DNA from: an uncultured Planctomycetaceae bacterium
GTDB lineage: Bacteria > Planctomycetota > Planctomycetia > Planctomycetales > Planctomycetaceae
Direction: 5' to 3'
Assembly (NCBI GenBank): GCA_963815195.1
Contig: CAWFGE010000023.1
Coordinates: forward strand, 416,001 to 480,000
Length of the DNA: 64,000 bases
The position numbers were made by a program, and so were the translations under genes. This document shows positions 61,079-64,000 of the stretch, one piece after another; within the stretch, counting starts at the first letter, position 1; every line of letters starts with the position of its first letter. Below the pieces are notes generated by a model. That model was given only the letters and a program-made list of their open reading frames with translations. It was not told the origin of the DNA and made no database searches.

Positions 61079-61125
61079 CGCGGAGAATGGCAGAAATTGC
61101 CCCACTTAACTTGGAGAGACCCACC

Positions 61126-63303
61126 ATGACCGCACGCTCCGAAGCATCCCGTTCGATTGATCCCGCCGCCCAACACGCTGCCTTTCTTCTCATCTGCCTG
61201 TTGATGGGTTCGCTCTTTCCGAACGCGGCGTTCGCTCAATTGGACACAAGCCGCGGCGACAAGATGATCGCGGAATACTTTCGCCGGGAGACCGAAAAAC
61301 TCACCCGGCAATCGCTGGCCGAAATTCAGACTCGCGAGGATTGGGAAAAACACCGGGGCGAATATCGCCGGCAACTGCGGGAAATGCTCGGCCTCGATCC
61401 TTTCCCCGAAAAGACGCCCTTGAAGCCGGTTGTCACCGGGACTTTGGAAGCGGATGAGTTTGTCGTGGAGAAATTACACTTTCAATCCCGGCCCGGGTTC
61501 TACGTCACCGCGAACTTCTATAAGCCCAAAACCTTTGAAGGCAAACTCCCCACGATTCTTTACGTCTGCGGACACGGCGGGAAAAAGAAGGATGGCATGA
61601 GCCTGGGCAATAAGACGACCTATCAGCACCACGGCGAATGGTTCGCCCGCAACGGCTATGCCTGCCTGACCATCGACACCGTGCAACTCGGCGAGATCGA
61701 AGGCCTCCATCACGGCACTTACCGGTATGGGATGTGGTGGTGGAATGCGCGGGGGTATTCCTCGGCGGGCGCGGAGGCCTGGAACTGCATCCGCGCTTTG
61801 GATTATCTGGAAACCCGCCCCGAAGTCGATGCAGACCGCCTCGGCGTCACCGGGCGGTCCGGCGGCGGGGCTTACAGTTGGTGGATCGCAGCGCTCGATG
61901 AACGCATCAAAGTCGCCGTGCCGGTGGCGGGGATTACGAGTTTGAAGAACCACGTCGTCGATGGCTGCGTGGAAGGGCACTGCGACTGTATGTATCCCGT
62001 CAACACCTACCGCTGGGATTTCGCCCAGGTCGCGGCCTTGGTCGCGCCCCGGCCGCTGCTCATCTCCAACAGCGACAAGGACCGCATCTTCCCGCTCGAC
62101 GGCGTCGTGGATGTGTACTTCAAGACGCGGCGGATTTATAAGCTCCTGGGAGCCGAGGACAAGATCGGCCTCCAAATCACCGAAGGCCCGCACAAGGACA
62201 CGCAGAACCTGCGGGTGCACGCCTTCCATTGGTTCAACGAGCACCTCAAAGGCCAAAACCCGTCGCCTTTGATCGAAACCGCCGCCAAGCCGTTTTTCGA
62301 CCCGGCGGAGCTCGCGGTGTTCCCGCCGGGCGAACTTCCCCAGGATCAAATCAACACGAAGATCCAAGAAACCTTCGTCCCCCAAGCCGCCCCGCCGAAA
62401 GTTCCCGCGTCGAAAGAAGAGTGGAACAAACAAAAAACCGAATGGCGGCAGGCACTCGAATCCCGCTGCTTCCGCGGCTGGCCGACGGACGAATACCCGC
62501 CCGGCGAAAAGCTGGATTTGAAAGAAGCTTTTTCCGCCCTGAAAGACGGCGTGCGGCTGTCGGCGTATGACTTCACCAGCCGGGATGGGATTCGACTTCG
62601 GTTGTACGTGGCCCACAGGGATGGGCTGAAACCGGAGGAATTGAAGCTCGCCGTGCTGAATGTCCTGGATGCCGAGGCTTGGAAGAATTTCGTCGCGATG
62701 ATGCGGGCCGGTTTCCCAGAGCAGTTTGCGGAGGAAATCTCCGTCGCAAAAAACGCGGAAGAATTTGCACAAAACAAGAAGATGTTCGAGTCTTTCCCCT
62801 GGGCAATGGCCTACATCGCTCCGCGGGGCATTGGGCCGACGGCTTGGAAACAGGATCAGCGATCGCAAACCCAGACCCGCAGGCGGTTTATGCTGTTGGG
62901 CCAAACCTGGGACAGCATGCAGGTCTGGGACCTTCGCCGGGCCGCCCAGGCGCTCCGCAACGTGAAAGGCATGAAAGACACCCAGCTGTGGATGCAGGGC
63001 GAACGCAATATGGCGGGGATCACGCTGTACGCGGCCCTGTTCGAACCGCATGTTTACCGGCTGGATTTGTGGAACCTCAGCCAAACCCATCGCGACGGGC
63101 CGATTTTTTTGAACGTGCTCCGGTTTTTGGACATCCCCCAAGCCGTGGCGATGGCGGCCGAGAATTCCCAAGTGCGGATTTATCAAAAAGACAAAACCGG
63201 CTGGGAATTCCCGCAAGAAGCCGCCAAGACCCTCGAATGGGATTCCAAGCAGATTCAAATTCGCGAAATCCCCCCGCCTAAGCCCGAGTCGGCCGGCCGC
63301 TAA
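61126..63303 (+). CDS. Secreted alpha/beta hydrolase (acetyl xylan esterase/dienelactone hydrolase-like)
   Basis: Signal peptide, ILYVCGH, IRALDYLETRPEVD, nucleophile GRSGG, ALVAPRPLL; second degenerate hydrolase-like half. Confidence 0.85.
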   Translation: MTARSEASRSIDPAAQHAAFLLICLLMGSLFPNAAFAQLDTSRGDKMIAEYFRRETEKLTRQSLAEIQTREDWEKHRGEYRRQLREMLGLDPFPEKTPLKPVVTGTLEADEFVVEKLHFQSRPGFYVTANFYKPKTFEGKLPTILYVCGHGGKKKDGMSLGNKTTYQHHGEWFARNGYACLTIDTVQLGEIEGLHHGTYRYGMWWWNARGYSSAGAEAWNCIRALDYLETRPEVDADRLGVTGRSGGGAYSWWIAALDERIKVAVPVAGITSLKNHVVDGCVEGHCDCMYPVNTYRWDFAQVAALVAPRPLLISNSDKDRIFPLDGVVDVYFKTRRIYKLLGAEDKIGLQITEGPHKDTQNLRVHAFHWFNEHLKGQNPSPLIETAAKPFFDPAELAVFPPGELPQDQINTKIQETFVPQAAPPKVPASKEEWNKQKTEWRQALESRCFRGWPTDEYPPGEKLDLKEAFSALKDGVRLSAYDFTSRDGIRLRLYVAHRDGLKPEELKLAVLNVLDAEAWKNFVAMMRAGFPEQFAEEISVAKNAEEFAQNKKMFESFPWAMAYIAPRGIGPTAWKQDQRSQTQTRRRFMLLGQTWDSMQVWDLRRAAQALRNVKGMKDTQLWMQGERNMAGITLYAALFEPHVYRLDLWNLSQTHRDGPIFLNVLRFLDIPQAVAMAAENSQVRIYQKDKTGWEFPQEAAKTLEWDSKQIQIREIPPPKPESAGR

Positions 63304-63510
63304 TTTTTCGTACAGAGCGGGTTTTCGGGGATTTCGCTCATCCGAACCGGGCCGGTTTGCGTTCTCTGAACGACTTTTCCCCAAATTTCAGGGGATTATC
63401 GGCCTTCAGACCCTCATATCCGGCCAAGGAATGAGAAAACTCCCGCGGATTTCGGTGAGGAACCGGGAATAATCCGGCCCCCTTGCGGGTCCTACTTGTT
63501 AGGAAGGACT

Positions 63511-64000
63511 ATGGACAACGGCAAACGCTCTGCGAAGTGTCCCACTCTGCCGGAATTGGTGGACGTTTATTACGAACGTCTGTACCGATTCGCCTACCGG
63601 CTGAGCGGGTCCGCGGCGGATGCCGAGGATTTGACCCAACAAACGTTTCTCAGCGCCCAGACGAATCTTCACCAACTCCGCGAACCCGAACACGCCAAGT
63701 CCTGGATGTTCACCATTTTGCGGAATACCTATTTGAAAGGACGCCGAGCCCGAAAAACGGCGGACGTGGTTTCGCTGGAAAAGACTCCGGAACCGTCGGA
63801 AACGACGGACGAAGCCGCGCATTTGCGGATGGAGGAACTTCAGTCGGTCTTGGACGAGTTGCCAGACGAGTTCCGCGAACCACTCGTCTTGTTCTATTTT
63901 CAGGAGTTCAGTTATAAAGAAATTGCCGAGCTGTTGGAGGTGCCCCTGGGCACGGTGATGAGCCGGCTGGCCCGTGGGAAGCAGCATCTCCGCAAACGCC
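63511..64000 (+). CDS. ECF sigma-70 factor (RpoE/SigW-like), 3'-truncated by window edge; missing from the ORF track
   Basis: Manual translation: YYERLYRFAYRLSGSAADAEDLTQQTFL...SWMFTILRN...SYKEIAELLEVPLGTVMSRLARG. Confidence 0.92.
   Translation, partial: MDNGKRSAKCPTLPELVDVYYERLYRFAYRLSGSAADAEDLTQQTFLSAQTNLHQLREPEHAKSWMFTILRNTYLKGRRARKTADVVSLEKTPEPSETTDEAAHLRMEELQSVLDELPDEFREPLVLFYFQEFSYKEIAELLEVPLGTVMSRLARGKQHLRKR

Noticed and set aside
63483..63987. ORF-track calls 63483-63917 (+) and 63499-63987 (-)
   Set aside because: The real gene is the ECF sigma factor starting at 63511 in another frame and running off the window

Overview
GC-rich bacterial chromosomal window, very probably a Planctomycete (DUF1501, sulfatases, a PVC-type heme-binding CxxCH protein, an ECF sigma/Ser-Thr kinase pair). 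It holds about 50 mostly housekeeping or accessory CDSs: asd, csrA, pfk, htrA-like, purEK, ubiE/ubiX, a dapA-like gene, hicAB, modAB-moaD, adk, czcAB, pilT, slyD, larB and two ECF sigma factors. I found no rRNA, tRNA or CRISPR array. Intergenic DNA is dense in short palindromic REP-like families and also carries a three-copy MITE-like element and an internally deleted REP-associated tyrosine transposase (RAYT) cassette. About 13 genes carry single indel-type frameshifts, most likely read or assembly errors. The strongest novelty candidate is 57753-60744 (-). It encodes a two-NBD Clp/Hsp100 ATPase with an LGF ClpP-docking-like loop, fused to an almost full-length class-I release-factor (RF2-like) body that lacks GGQ, which suggests a ribosome-targeted unfoldase or quality-control factor. 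All calls come from motif recognition by eye; no database searches were run.
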